Part shown: positions 40,284 through 50,419 of the stretch, in pieces
Numbering within the stretch: position 1 is the stretch's first letter
How the letters are laid out: every line of letters begins with the position of its first letter
Assembly (NCBI GenBank): GCA_963715985.1
Contig: CAVQSP010000013.1
Coordinates: forward strand, 96,001-160,000
Length of the DNA stretch: 64,000 nucleotides
Direction: 5' to 3'
DNA from: an uncultured Thermoleophilia bacterium
Lineage (GTDB): Bacteria > Actinomycetota > Thermoleophilia > UBA2241
Notes under the pieces: model-generated
Told to the model about the DNA's origin: nothing
Seen by the model: the letters and a program-made list of their open reading frames with translations, nothing else
Databases searched by the model: none
Made by a program: the position numbers and the translations under genes

Positions 40284-43200
40284 CTACCGGCGGTACACTC
40301 GTACAAGGTCCTTGCCGGTGCGCTTGGCCGCGTAGAGGGCGGCGTCCGCGTGCGCCACGAGGTCGTCCATGTCACGCGCCATCGCCGGGTACGTGGCGAC
40401 CCCGATGCTCACCGTCAGATGCGCAGTCTGGCCGCCGTCGCCCACCCGGAAGGCGGTGCCGGCGATGACCGTGCGGAGGCGCTCTCCGAGCGCCTCCGCG
40501 CCCTCGCCGTGACCGACCGCCGGCTCCTCGCGGGGTGAGTCCGCGGGCTCGCCGCGCGGCACGCCGGTGTTGGGCAGGATCAGGGCGAACTCCTCCCCGC
40601 CGTAGCGCGCGGGCACATCCACGTCCTGGCGCAACTGGTCGGCCAGCACGTGGCCGAGCTCGCGCAGTACCTCGTCGCCGGCCTGGTGGCCCCACGTGTC
40701 GTTGAGCCCTTTGAAGTCGTCGATGTCGATCATCAGGAGGGACACGGGGGTGCCGTAGCGCTGCGCGCGCGCCAGCTCCTGCCCCAGGCGGTCGTAGAAC
40801 GTGCGGTGGTTCGCCAGCCCGGTGAGGCCGTCCACCGTGGCCTGCGCCTCGATGGTCGCGTAGAGGCGCGCGTTGTTGAATGCGATCGCGACCTGCTCCC
40901 CGAAGGCCTTGAGGAAGGCGAGCTCGTCGTCGGTGAACCCGCGCTCGCGCTCCGTCTCCACGAGCACGAGCATGCCGAGGGCCTCTCCCTGGAAGCGCAA
41001 AGGCACGTTGACGAGCGTCTTCTCCCCGGTGGCCTCCATGCACTCGCGCACGTACGCGTGGAGGTGGCGGTCGGCGAGGGTCTCCACGAAGACCTTGCCT
41101 TCCTCAAGGGCTCTGCGGTCGTCGGGCGCTTCCTTGACTTCGAACACGGAGCCGATCGGGTCTACGCGACCTGCTCCGTCCGGACCGAACCGCGTCCTGG
41201 TCACGATGGTGTCGTGCTCGCGGTCGTACTCGTAGATGAAGGCGACCGGTGAGCTCACCGCCTCCGCCGCCAGCTTGGCCACCTTCGGCAGCAGCTCGTC
41301 GATGTCCAGCGTGGACGTCACCGCCCGCCCGGCCTCCACGAGGGCCCTGAGCCAGCGGTTGCGCTCGGCCTCGCGGCCGTGCAGGCGGGCATTGGCGAGG
41401 GCCACGGCGGCCTGCTCGCCGATGGACGCGGCCAGGCGCCGCTCGTTGGGCGTGAACTCGCGCTCGGCGGCGCTCTCGATGAGGATCATCACGCCGATCA
41501 GCTCGCCGCTGGCCACCAGAGGGACGGTGAGCCACGTCTTCTCGCCGAACTTGTCCATGTCCGCGCGGTCCGACTCGGCCAGCTCTGGGTCCGAGCGCGA
41601 CTGCTGCACCACCTGCGCGGCGCGCAACGCCTCCAGCCCTCCCGTGTGCGTGCGGATGTCGTAGGACGTCCCCTCCAGACTGGCGGCGAGTCCGGGCGTG
41701 GGCCGGCGCTCCCACAGGCAGCGGAACTCCGCGCGCTGGTGGCGCATGGTGTACTCCCAGATCACGCACTCCGGACTGCCCAGCACCTCGCCGGCCGCAC
41801 GGGCCACTTCTCTCAGCACCTCCTGGAACTCGATGCTGGAGGCGATCGTGCGGCTGGTGCGCAGCAGGGCCGTGAGCTCCTCCGTGCGGTCGTGCAGCGC
41901 CCCGAAGGCGAGGTGGCGCTCCACGGCGGCGGAGAGGGAGGTCGCAGCGGTGGTGAGCAGGGCCACCTCGGAGAACTCCCACACGCGGTCGTCGCTGCAG
42001 TTGTGGAACCCGATGATGCCGAAGAAGGCGCCGTTCACGAGCAGCGGCAGGGTGAGCACGGAATGCACGTCCTGGGCCTCGAGGATGCCGCGCGAGTACT
42101 CGTTGAAGTCGCCGGGCCTGCCCATGACCGGCGCCCCGGCCGCGAGACGCTCGGTCCACTGCGGCCCCAGGGCCTCCCACGGCTGGCCCTGGAGCACGGG
42201 GTTGTCGATCTGTGCGGAGATGCCCGGCCGCACGAGCTCCGCGCACTGGAAACCGAGCAGCGCGCCGCGGCCGTCAGGGCAGTTCTCGAAGACGTACACA
42301 CGGTCCGCGCCGGACGCCCGCATCAGCTCGGGGAGCACGAGGTCGTACAGGGTTGCGGGTGGCGCGTCCTCGTCGGCGCCGAGGAGCTTGCGCTGGATCT
42401 CGCCCACGGCCTCGGTGTACGCCTGCCGTCGTTCGCGCTCGGTCACGTCGCGAACGGCCTGCGTCACCAGGCGGCGGCCGCTCAACGTGAAGGCGCCGCT
42501 TGTGATCTCCACGGGGAACTCCTCGCCGTCGGCGCGCCGGTGCCGGCGCAAGGAGACGTGTCTGGCTCCGCTCTCCAGCGCCAGCCGAGCGACGTCGCGC
42601 GTCTCTTCGGGTTCGGCCGAGAGCTGGACGAGCGGCATGCCCAGCAGCGCCTCGCGCGGGTGGCGGTACATGCGGCTTGCCGCCTCGTTGGCGTCGATGA
42701 TGGTGAGCCCGTCCAGGTCGACCAGCAGCAGCGCGTCCGGCTCCAGGTCGAACATGCGCCGGTAGCGCTCTTCGCTCTCGCGTAGCTCGTCCTGGGCGTG
42801 CCGGCGTTCATCCACCTCCGCGCGCAGGGCGTCGTTGACCACCTCGAGCGCGGTGGTGCGGTCGATGACCGCGGCCTCGAGACTGGCGTTGAGCCGGCGC
42901 ACCTGCTCTTCGGCGCGGGCACGCGCCACGAGCTCACCGGCCTCGCGGCCGACGGCCATCAGCACCTGCGTGGGGTCGGGCGAGAGCGCCTGCGGGCGGC
43001 ACGAGAAGAGGGTGAGCCCGCCGAACACCGCGTCGGCCGCTCCGAGCGGGACGGAGACGGCGCAGGCGAACTCCCCGGGCACGGCGTCGCCGCGCTCCCG
43101 GAGGCGCACCAGCGGCTCCCCCCTTATCAGGGCGCGCTCGCCCAGATCGGTGCGACGAGACCGGGCGTAGTGAGCGCGGACGTCATCGGGCAGGCCGAGC

Positions 43201-43412
43201 TGACAGGCGAGGCGGGCGGACTCCCCGCCTTCGTCGAAGAGGACGATCGCGCCCGCCTCGAACCCCAGTGACGCCACGGTCGCGGCCATCACCTCTTCCA
43301 GGCCGCGCTCGAATCCGCGTGCGTGGCTGACCGCCGCGATGACGTGTTCGAGCAGCGCCCGCTGATCGCCGCCGGGCCGCTTCGGTGCAGTGGATGTGCC
43401 CGCTCGCCTCAT
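40284..43412 (-). CDS. Diguanylate cyclase: GAF-PAS-GAF-GAF-GAF-GGDEF
   Basis: PAS (EEFPVEITS), GAFs, DGLTGLANH, DIDDFK, ARYGGEEF; RBS GGGAG before ATG 43412. Confidence 0.9.
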   Translation of the reverse strand: MRRAGTSTAPKRPGGDQRALLEHVIAAVSHARGFERGLEEVMAATVASLGFEAGAIVLFDEGGESARLACQLGLPDDVRAHYARSRRTDLGERALIRGEPLVRLRERGDAVPGEFACAVSVPLGAADAVFGGLTLFSCRPQALSPDPTQVLMAVGREAGELVARARAEEQVRRLNASLEAAVIDRTTALEVVNDALRAEVDERRHAQDELRESEERYRRMFDLEPDALLLVDLDGLTIIDANEAASRMYRHPREALLGMPLVQLSAEPEETRDVARLALESGARHVSLRRHRRADGEEFPVEITSGAFTLSGRRLVTQAVRDVTERERRQAYTEAVGEIQRKLLGADEDAPPATLYDLVLPELMRASGADRVYVFENCPDGRGALLGFQCAELVRPGISAQIDNPVLQGQPWEALGPQWTERLAAGAPVMGRPGDFNEYSRGILEAQDVHSVLTLPLLVNGAFFGIIGFHNCSDDRVWEFSEVALLTTAATSLSAAVERHLAFGALHDRTEELTALLRTSRTIASSIEFQEVLREVARAAGEVLGSPECVIWEYTMRHQRAEFRCLWERRPTPGLAASLEGTSYDIRTHTGGLEALRAAQVVQQSRSDPELAESDRADMDKFGEKTWLTVPLVASGELIGVMILIESAAEREFTPNERRLAASIGEQAAVALANARLHGREAERNRWLRALVEAGRAVTSTLDIDELLPKVAKLAAEAVSSPVAFIYEYDREHDTIVTRTRFGPDGAGRVDPIGSVFEVKEAPDDRRALEEGKVFVETLADRHLHAYVRECMEATGEKTLVNVPLRFQGEALGMLVLVETERERGFTDDELAFLKAFGEQVAIAFNNARLYATIEAQATVDGLTGLANHRTFYDRLGQELARAQRYGTPVSLLMIDIDDFKGLNDTWGHQAGDEVLRELGHVLADQLRQDVDVPARYGGEEFALILPNTGVPRGEPADSPREEPAVGHGEGAEALGERLRTVIAGTAFRVGDGGQTAHLTVSIGVATYPAMARDMDDLVAHADAALYAAKRTGKDLVRVYRR

Positions 43413-43437
43413 CGTTCTCCCAAAGCGCTCATCAGGA

Positions 43438-43465
43438 GTATCGTCCCCGCGCGGCACGGCCTTGA
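43438..43465 (-). promoter_or_regulatory. sigma28/WhiG-type promoter TCAAG-N15-GACGATAC
   Basis: Same -35 and spacing as 16392 and 23263, 25 nt upstream of the DGC start. Confidence 0.6.
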
Positions 43466-43537
43466 GCGGCGTGCACGCCGTCGCGGGCCCGGACCGGCGT
43501 GACCGCGCCTCCTCGCCGTGACAAGATGAACCTCTGC

Positions 43538-43635
43538 GGAGCGGCTCGTGGTCCGGTGACTACCGCGGTCTTCAAAACCGTCTGCGGGGCAGTGATCCTG
43601 TCCTGGGTGGGTTCGACTCCCATGTCGCTCCGCCA
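43538..43635 (+). tRNA. selC: tRNA-Sec (anticodon UCA)
   Basis: 8-bp acceptor GGAGCGGC/GTCGCTCC + GCCA; 6-bp D stem GTGGTC/GACTAC; anticodon loop CTTCAAA (TCA 43572-43574); long variable arm; T arm GTGGG-TTCGACT-CCCAT. Confidence 0.97.
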
Positions 43636-43795
43636 GAGCATGCTTCAGCATCGTCGTCGCCGGGCTCGGTGGTGGTACCGTCGCCGGGCGGGAGAGCGGG
43701 GGGCGCCGACTCAGGACCGCTCCCGACGGCGACCGAGAACGCCGTTCACTCCTTCTGGGACTCGCGCCCGGTCGCTTGCGAGTGGCAGCGCCATT

Positions 43796-44030
43796 CATGA
43801 AGACCGCGCCTTCCTGAAGTCGGGGCAGCACCTGGCTCTGGGTGTCCAGGGTGATGCAGACCGCCGAGTTACCAGCTCGCTCGGACACCACCTGGGCACG
43901 AACGCCCCGGCGCAGAAGCCGTGGCACATCGCTGTGGCGCGGGCCATGGAAACACAGGCGAGGCAGATCCACAGCTTCTACCCGTCGTCCGGATGACGCG
44001 CTGAACGTGCGGGGCGTTCCAGACCCGCGC
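43796..44030 (-). pseudogene. Degenerate C-terminal fragment of tyrosine recombinase/integrase
   Basis: LPRLCFHGPRHSDVPRLLRRGVRAQVVSERAGNSAVCITLDTQSQVLPRLQE aligns with LPxIRFHDLRH...GVxxKVVSERLGHxxxxITLDxYSHVLP; catalytic His and Tyr are replaced. Confidence 0.75.
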
Positions 44031-44261
44031 CTCCGCTGCTGCAAGCAGGCGCTCAGGGTCCCGGCAGGCGCCGCCCAAGAGGAGCCTCTGCTGTCCACGA
44101 CGGCGGCGAGGTCATGGAGCCGCGACCCGCGGCGGACAAGCCCGTCCTTGCGTGGCGCTCGGACACCGAGGGATCTCCCCCCGGGGAGGCTGGCGGTCAT
44201 CTCGCAGGGCGGGCGGGAGCCCTCGCGGTTCATGCGGCGGGGAAGCAGCAGAGACATTTAC

Positions 44262-44288
44262 CTTCATGATTGAGTTACTTCATGATTG
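44262..44288. repeat. Direct repeat CTTCATGATTG x2 (16-bp period)
   Basis: Copies at 44262-44272 and 44278-44288 in an AT-rich patch upstream of 44368. Confidence 0.7.
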
Positions 44289-44367
44289 GGAAGAAATACG
44301 CCACGCGCTGCGTGGGTCAGGGTCTCGACTCGCACGGCGACCAAACGAGACTCAAGGGGGTTCCAAG

Positions 44368-44988
44368 ATGTCACTGTCCTCGACGACAGGCAGACGCTCT
44401 TTAGCGCTTGCGGCCGCCATACTCCTGCTGGCCGTGGCCTTCCTGGTCTTCTCGGCCAGCGCGCGAGCGGACACGCTCACGCTGGCAGGAGGGTACACGG
44501 AGCTGACCACTGATCCGGGGACGACCAAGGCTCTGGTCGCCAACAGGATCCTGCCGTTGCCGGTGTTTCCTTCGTGGGTCGTCCCCACGCCGGTGGACGG
44601 GAAGCTGGCGCTTCGCTACCGCTTCTACATCACGGGCGGGCAGATCGACTCGTCCACCCTGGCCGGCGAGATCAGGCACTCCGGCGGTCTCAAGTTCGCC
44701 AATCTGACGAACGGCAAGTCCCTTACGGTCCGTGACTTCACCATCGACACCGTCAACCGCCAGCTCACCGCCTACGTGCCGGCGCTCGACGTGCGCGCCC
44801 CGATCCTCGACCTCGACCTGTCCGGCGTGAAGGTGACACCGGGGTCCGTCTACACGAAGGTCGGCCCGGTGCCGGCCGCGCTCACCGGCATCGCCGCGTC
44901 GGTGCTCAACGACAAGCTGTCCACCAGCCTCTTCGCTCCTGGCCTTCTGATCGGCACCGCGAACGTGTACGCGCGCTTCGCCAAGTAA
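44368..44988 (+). CDS. Secreted beta-rich hypothetical protein (HtaA-like)
   Basis: Signal peptide ending ARA; motif RFYITGG...GEIRHSGGLKF. Confidence 0.7.
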   Translation: MSLSSTTGRRSLALAAAILLLAVAFLVFSASARADTLTLAGGYTELTTDPGTTKALVANRILPLPVFPSWVVPTPVDGKLALRYRFYITGGQIDSSTLAGEIRHSGGLKFANLTNGKSLTVRDFTIDTVNRQLTAYVPALDVRAPILDLDLSGVKVTPGSVYTKVGPVPAALTGIAASVLNDKLSTSLFAPGLLIGTANVYARFAK

Positions 44989-45285
44989 CGATCGCCAAGG
45001 CCCTGCGCACGGGGGGCGGTCCGTCGAACGAGCCCTCGGGCACGGTCGCGGATCGTCCCTCGTCGCGTGGGGCCGCGCAGCCCGCTCCGCTCGGCGAGCT
45101 CCGCGAAATGCGGCCTTCGCGCAGGCCGCGGTGACTCGTCAGGACTCCGCGCACACGCCGGGCGAATGTGTCGCTGGCTTCGTCGCGGGTTGGTCAGCAG
45201 TGGGAAAGCCGGGCGGCGCGCTGTAGCATCGTGAAGTGATCCGGCACGCCAGAACACGCTCCGCGACCTCGCCGCACCCTATACG

Positions 45286-46521
45286 ATGACGCAGCCCACA
45301 TCGACGTCCGGCCGGACGGTGTACGCATCGAAGGCGCGCCGGCGCCTGCGCCGGCGCGTCACACTGGCCGTCGTGCTCGCCGTCGTCTGCGCGGCCGCGG
45401 CCGGCACCGTGCTGCTCGTCGCGGGTCGCGGCGCCGGCGCCCAGACCGGCGCGCAAGAGGCGTCCAGCCCTTCCCCTCAGCCGTCTGCGAGCGCCTCGGT
45501 GGTGAGCACCCTCGCCCTCGGCGACACCAAGGTGCACCGCAACGAGACCGTGCGCCTGCGCTACCGCATCGACGACGCCGCAGGGCGGACCTGGGCGGCC
45601 ACCCTCGAGGTGGTCGACGGCGAAGGTGAACGGGTCAAGAACCAGGGGCTCGGCGCGGCCGTGACGGCGGGCAAGGTCCACACTGCGAGCCTCCGCGCCG
45701 GCTTCCCCAAAGGCACGTACACCTGGGCCGTACACGTGCACGACGAGGCGGGCGCCACGGAGACCACCGCCACGCCCGCCCGCCTGACGGTGCTGGCGCC
45801 GCTGCCGCCGGCCTTCCCCGGCGCCAAGGCCGTCAAGGCGGCGCTCGGCTGGGCCGGACAGCGCAGCGGCGACGTCGCCGTGGCCTTGGTAGACAGCCAC
45901 GGCGACCTCGAAGGCGTGCGCGAACATGTCCGCTTCACCGGCGCCAGCCTGGTCAAGGCGATGCTGCTCGTGGCCTACCTTCGCTCGCACCCCAAGGCGC
46001 ACAGCTCCCTGGACCCCGTGGCCACGAAGATGATCGAGGAGTCCGACAACGCCAGCGCCTTCACCATCCAGGGTGTGGTCGGTGTGTCCGGGCTCAAGAA
46101 GGTGGCGGCGCTCGCGCACATGCAGGACTTCCGCGCCGGGGGGTCGTGGATCGACTCCCAGGTATCGGCTGCCGATCAGGCGCGCTTCTTCTACGACTAC
46201 CTGGACTACGTGCCGTCGTCGCGCCGCGGCTTCGCGCGCACGCTGCTCTCCGGCATCACGTACATGCAGCGCTGGGGCATCCCCGCGGCCGCAGGCCCGG
46301 AGGGGTGGCGCACGTTCTTCAAGGGCGGCTGGCTGTACCTCGACAACGTGCTCATGGTCCAGGCCGCGTGGATGGAGAAGGGCGGCGCTAGGTGGTCCCT
46401 GGCCGTGATGACGGACGAGAACCCGACCAAATCGTACGGCTGGGACACGCAGAAGGGCACCGCCGGGCTGCTGCTGGGCAGGCAGCCGACGCCGGCCTAT
46501 CTGGCGAGAGTCCTGGAGTGA
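45286..46521 (+). CDS. Membrane-anchored Ig-like domain + class A beta-lactamase-like serine hydrolase
   Basis: TM helix; SxxK (SLVK), SDN and KGG (KTG-like) motifs. Confidence 0.85.
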   Translation: MTQPTSTSGRTVYASKARRRLRRRVTLAVVLAVVCAAAAGTVLLVAGRGAGAQTGAQEASSPSPQPSASASVVSTLALGDTKVHRNETVRLRYRIDDAAGRTWAATLEVVDGEGERVKNQGLGAAVTAGKVHTASLRAGFPKGTYTWAVHVHDEAGATETTATPARLTVLAPLPPAFPGAKAVKAALGWAGQRSGDVAVALVDSHGDLEGVREHVRFTGASLVKAMLLVAYLRSHPKAHSSLDPVATKMIEESDNASAFTIQGVVGVSGLKKVAALAHMQDFRAGGSWIDSQVSAADQARFFYDYLDYVPSSRRGFARTLLSGITYMQRWGIPAAAGPEGWRTFFKGGWLYLDNVLMVQAAWMEKGGARWSLAVMTDENPTKSYGWDTQKGTAGLLLGRQPTPAYLARVLE

Positions 46522-46549
46522 CCCGCGGGCGCGCGGCGCGCGCCGGCGC

Positions 46550-47065
46550 TCAGTCCTCCGGGTAGTCGACGGCCTCGATCGTCAGGTCGCGGTCGCCCTT
46601 GGGGCGGCGCCAGCGCACCTTGGCGCCCACGCGCGCGTCCAGCAGCGCCTCGGCGAGTGGCGAGACGTAGCTGATCTTGCCGGCGTTGGGGTCGGCCTCG
46701 TCCTCGCCGACGATGGTGAACGTGCGACTGGTCCCGTCCGGTTCGGTGACCATGACGGCGGCGCCGAACTTGACCATGCGCCGCGGCTGTCCCTTGGGCT
46801 CCACGAGGATCGCCGTCTCCAGGCGTTTGGTGAAGTACGTGAGGTCGCGGTCGACGTAGGCCAGCTGCTCCTCGGCGAGGGAGCCCTCCTCTTCGGCGGC
46901 GGTGAGCAGCGCGAGCCGCCGCTCCTCAAGCTCACCCACGCGTTGCTCCAGCTGGCGCAGGCCCGCCGGCGTGACGTAGTTCGGGTGATCGCTGATCTGC
47001 CGTTCCGGAAGCCCTTCTTCAGGGACGTCCCCGTCCTGTTCCTTGACGAATGCTCTGCTCATCAT
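46550..47065 (-). CDS. GreA/GreB family transcription elongation factor
   Basis: MSRAFVKE, NYVTPAG, VKFGA, IVGEDEAD...ISYVSPLAEAL. Confidence 0.85.
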   Translation of the reverse strand: MMSRAFVKEQDGDVPEEGLPERQISDHPNYVTPAGLRQLEQRVGELEERRLALLTAAEEEGSLAEEQLAYVDRDLTYFTKRLETAILVEPKGQPRRMVKFGAAVMVTEPDGTSRTFTIVGEDEADPNAGKISYVSPLAEALLDARVGAKVRWRRPKGDRDLTIEAVDYPED

Positions 47066-47227
47066 CCCTCGGTGGTGTCGCCGTGGCCCGGCTGGTGGTG
47101 CGGCCTCGCGGCCTCCGCCTCATGTGTTCGACGGCTACCGGTTTAGTCCCCCCGGAGGGAGGGGGTAGAAACCCTGCGACACGCGGCCGCAGCGGCGGCG
47201 GCGCAAACCGAGAGCGAGGGTGGGGAC

Positions 47228-47753
47228 ATGCTGGACACGAGGATGCAGGACGCGATCAATTCGCAGATCAACTGGGAGTTCTACTCGGCCTACCTCTATC
47301 TCTCCATGGCGAGCCAGTTCGCGGCCAGCGGCATGCCCGGCGGACAGAGCTGGATGACGGTGCAGTACCAGGAGGAGATCGCCCACGCGCGCATCATGTT
47401 CAACTACGTGCTCACGCGCGGCGGCAGGGTGGTCCTCGAGGAGATCGACAAGCCGCAGACGGACTGGGCCGACGGGCTCTCCATGTTCGAGGACGCACTG
47501 GCGCACGAGGAGAAGGTCACGGCGCGCATCCACGAGCTCGCCTCGCTGGCCCTCGAGATCAAGGATCACGCCACGTACAACTTCCTGCAGTGGTTCATCG
47601 CCGAGCAGGTCGAGGAGGAGGAGAGCGCCTCGGACATGGTGCAGAAGTTCCGCATGGCCGGGGAGCACCCGGCCGGCCTGTACCAGCTGGACAAGGAGCT
47701 GGCCACTCGGGTGTACAACGTGCCGTCGCCGCTGGCCGCGGCGCGGCGCCTGA
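47228..47753 (+). CDS. ftn: Non-heme ferritin; probable indel near 47745 extends the ORF artefactually to 47890
   Basis: INSQINWEFYSAYLYLSMA, EEIAHA, HEEKVT, FLQWFIAEQVEEE. Confidence 0.9.
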
Positions 47754-47775
47754 GGCGTGACGCCGGCCCGCCCGC

Positions 47776-48270
47776 TCAGCGCGGAGCCGGTGGACCGTCC
47801 CACAGCGGCAGCACCATGAGCAGGCAGGGGTTGTCCGGGCCCCACAGCTGCGGCAACTCCTCCAGCGGCATGAAGCCCATCGCCTCGTAGAACCGCCGCG
47901 TCGCCGCGTACCCCGGGTCGGGGTCGCTGGGCGCCAGCGTCTTCACGTGCAGCAGCAGGAAGCCCTCGGCGCGGGCGTAGGCGGCCGCGCGCTCCACGAG
48001 CGCGCGGCCTATCCCGCGCCGGTGATGCTCCTGCCGGACCGCCAGCACGTGCACTTCGATGGCGGCGGCGCTGGTGGGTCTGAGCGTGATGAAGCCGGCC
48101 ACGGCGTCCCCTTCGAGAACGACGAACGTGGGCAGGCGTTCGGCCGCGTCGGCGTACTCGACGATGGCGCTCTCGATCCCGAACCAGCCGGGCAGGGCGC
48201 GGAGGACGCCTTCGGCGGCCGCGCCCTGCCCGGCCAGCGGGCCCAGGACCTCTATCGACGGATCGTGCAC
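47776..48270 (-). CDS. GNAT N-acetyltransferase
   Basis: LRALPGWFG, HHRRGIGRAL, LHVKTL, YAATRRFYEAMGF. Confidence 0.85.
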   Translation of the reverse strand: MHDPSIEVLGPLAGQGAAAEGVLRALPGWFGIESAIVEYADAAERLPTFVVLEGDAVAGFITLRPTSAAAIEVHVLAVRQEHHRRGIGRALVERAAAYARAEGFLLLHVKTLAPSDPDPGYAATRRFYEAMGFMPLEELPQLWGPDNPCLLMVLPLWDGPPAPR

Positions 48271-48284
48271 GCCGGCTATGGCGC

Positions 48285-49049
48285 TCAGGTCACGTCGCGG
48301 CGCAGCGAGATGAAGACGGCCGCGACGCTGACGATGGCGATGTAGGCGATGCTCACGAGAAAGGCCTGCGGGCGGTCGAGGCCCGTGACGGTCGCCATGG
48401 TGTCGGCGGCCTGCATGCTCACGTTGCCCACCGTCACCTGGTTGAAGACGCTGAACGGCAGCCAGTTGCCCACGGCGGGCTTGAGGGCGGCGATGAAGGG
48501 CTCGGCGATGAGCGCCCAGACCAGCGTGACGGCCACGGTGACGACCTGTGCGCGCACCAGCGCGCCCAGCGCCACGCCGAAGGCGGTGATGAGCCCGGCC
48601 ACCACGATCTGCCGCGCGTAGTCGCCCAGGGTGGCGCCGCCGGTGGCGTCGATCTCCACCTGCCGGATCGCGGCGCCCAGGCCGATCACCGCCCATACCA
48701 GCACCACGGCGAGCAGCATCATCGCCATGCCCACCACGGCGTACACGGCGAGCTTCATCACCATCACCTGCCAGCGTCGCGGCGTGACGAGGTAGGAGTA
48801 CGTGATGGTGCCGTGCCGGTACTCCCCGGTCATGCCGAGGATGCCGAACACGAGCAGGGCCAGGGGAACCAGCGTGCTGGCCGTGTTGAGGAAGCTGGTC
48901 ACGCCGTCGGTCTCCAGCCAGGTCGTGGGCAGCAGCGACAGCAGCAGCACCAGCGGGACGAGCACCACGAGCAGCACGACGATGAACAGCACCAGGGCGG
49001 TGCGGGTGCTGCGCAGCTTGAGGAACTCGGAGCGGGCGAGGGCGATCAC
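48285..49049 (-). CDS. ABC-2 type exporter permease
   Basis: SEFLKLRS, GEYRHGT, ~6 TM, ends RRDVT; GTGA overlap with the ATPase. Confidence 0.85.
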   Translation of the reverse strand: MIALARSEFLKLRSTRTALVLFIVVLLVVLVPLVLLLSLLPTTWLETDGVTSFLNTASTLVPLALLVFGILGMTGEYRHGTITYSYLVTPRRWQVMVMKLAVYAVVGMAMMLLAVVLVWAVIGLGAAIRQVEIDATGGATLGDYARQIVVAGLITAFGVALGALVRAQVVTVAVTLVWALIAEPFIAALKPAVGNWLPFSVFNQVTVGNVSMQAADTMATVTGLDRPQAFLVSIAYIAIVSVAAVFISLRRDVT

Positions 49050-49969
49050 GCGACGGTCTCCGTCCGCGCGGTCGCGTCGTCCCTGCGCGTGCCGGCGATC
49101 TGCAGGAAGAGGTCCTCGAGGCTGGGCTGTTCGGTGAGCAGCTCGTGCACGGGCACCTGGTTGGCGTGCGCGAGCTCGCCGACGTGGGCCGCCGTGGGGC
49201 CGCGCACAGCGAGCGCGTCGTCGAGCCGGTTCACGGCCGCGCCGGAGGCGCTGAGCGCGGCCTCCAGCTTCTCGGCCTGCGGCGAGCGCACCCGCACGAC
49301 GGGCTGCGCTGAGGCCGTGAGCGTGCTGATCGGCCCCTGGGCGAGCAGCCTGCCCTTGCTGAGGATGAGCACGTCGTCCACCGTCTGCTCGACCTCCGCC
49401 AGCACGTGGCTGGAGACGAGCACCGTGCGGCCGTCCTGGGCCTGGGCGCGCAGAAACGTCCGCAGCCAGCGCATGCCCTCCGGGTCCAGGCCGTTGGCCG
49501 GCTCGTCGAGGACGAGCACCTCGGGGTCGCCGAGCAACGCCGCCGCGAGTGCGAGCCGCTGCTTCATGCCGGTGGAGTAGCCCTTGACGCGGCGCTGGGC
49601 CGAGCTCTCGAGCTCCACCAGCTCGAGGACGGTGTCGACGCGGTCGTAGGAGACGCCCGCCCCGGTGGCGATGACGCGCAGGGCGTTCAGGCCGGAACGG
49701 CCCGGGTGGAAGCCCGAGGAGTCGAGCAGCGCGCCCACCCGCTGCGCCGGGGCGCGCAGCTCCCGGTACCGGCTGCCGAGGATGCGCACGGAGCCCGAGC
49801 TCGGTCGCACGAGGTCGAGGATCATGCGGAGGGTGGTGGTCTTGCCCGCGCCGTTGGGGCCGAGGACGCCGGTGATCGTGCCGGCCGCGATGGAGAAGGT
49901 CACGTCGTCCACGGCCAGCACCCTCTTGCCGAAGCGTTTGCTGAGATGCTCGGCCTCGATGACGGCCAT
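49046..49969 (-). CDS. ABC exporter ATP-binding protein
   Basis: GPNGAGKTT, YSTGMKQR, LDEPANGLDP, VSSH. Confidence 0.92.
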   Translation of the reverse strand: MAVIEAEHLSKRFGKRVLAVDDVTFSIAAGTITGVLGPNGAGKTTTLRMILDLVRPSSGSVRILGSRYRELRAPAQRVGALLDSSGFHPGRSGLNALRVIATGAGVSYDRVDTVLELVELESSAQRRVKGYSTGMKQRLALAAALLGDPEVLVLDEPANGLDPEGMRWLRTFLRAQAQDGRTVLVSSHVLAEVEQTVDDVLILSKGRLLAQGPISTLTASAQPVVRVRSPQAEKLEAALSASGAAVNRLDDALAVRGPTAAHVGELAHANQVPVHELLTEQPSLEDLFLQIAGTRRDDATARTETVA

Positions 49970-49999
49970 GGCCCCTCCCGGTCGCGGTCCGGCCAGAGT

Positions 50000-50258
50000 C
50001 TACACGACGTGTGCAGGCCCGGACCGGACCGGCCGGGTCACGACTGCAGGGACCTTCCGTACAGTCTCCCGATCCCAGCTGCGCTCGTCCGCCCAGAACA
50101 CGGTACGGCCCACCACCACTCCGTCCGCTTGATGGGCGCCGTCGTCGCAGACGGCGAAGGCGCGGCGCCGGAGGCGAACACCCGGTGCCGTAGGCGAGCA
50201 GGCCGGGGACCGCGGGTGCGGAGACGATGACGGCAAGCACGATCAGCCGTGCCTTCAT
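50000..50258 (-). CDS. Possible small exported protein (frameshifted)
   Basis: ATG 50258 with GAGGGG upstream and signal-like MKARLIVLAVIVSA; possible continuation in ORF 50000..50236. Confidence 0.3.
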
Positions 50259-50419
50259 GCGCCCCTCGCTGCCGGCCGTCCGCACGACGGCGGGTCGCCC
50301 CACAGTCCCGCGAAGCGGGATGGCCGGTGCCTTGCCCGGGCGGACCTGCGATGAGCGTCGCCCCCGCTTCACGGAGGCGCAGCCGGATGGCGGCATGCCT
50401 CCGACGCGTCCGGGGCGGC

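Noticed and set aside
47753-47890. C-terminal extension of ferritin overlapping the convergent GNAT gene
   Set aside because: A single indel near 47745 restores a stop at 47751-47753 and a normal ferritin length.
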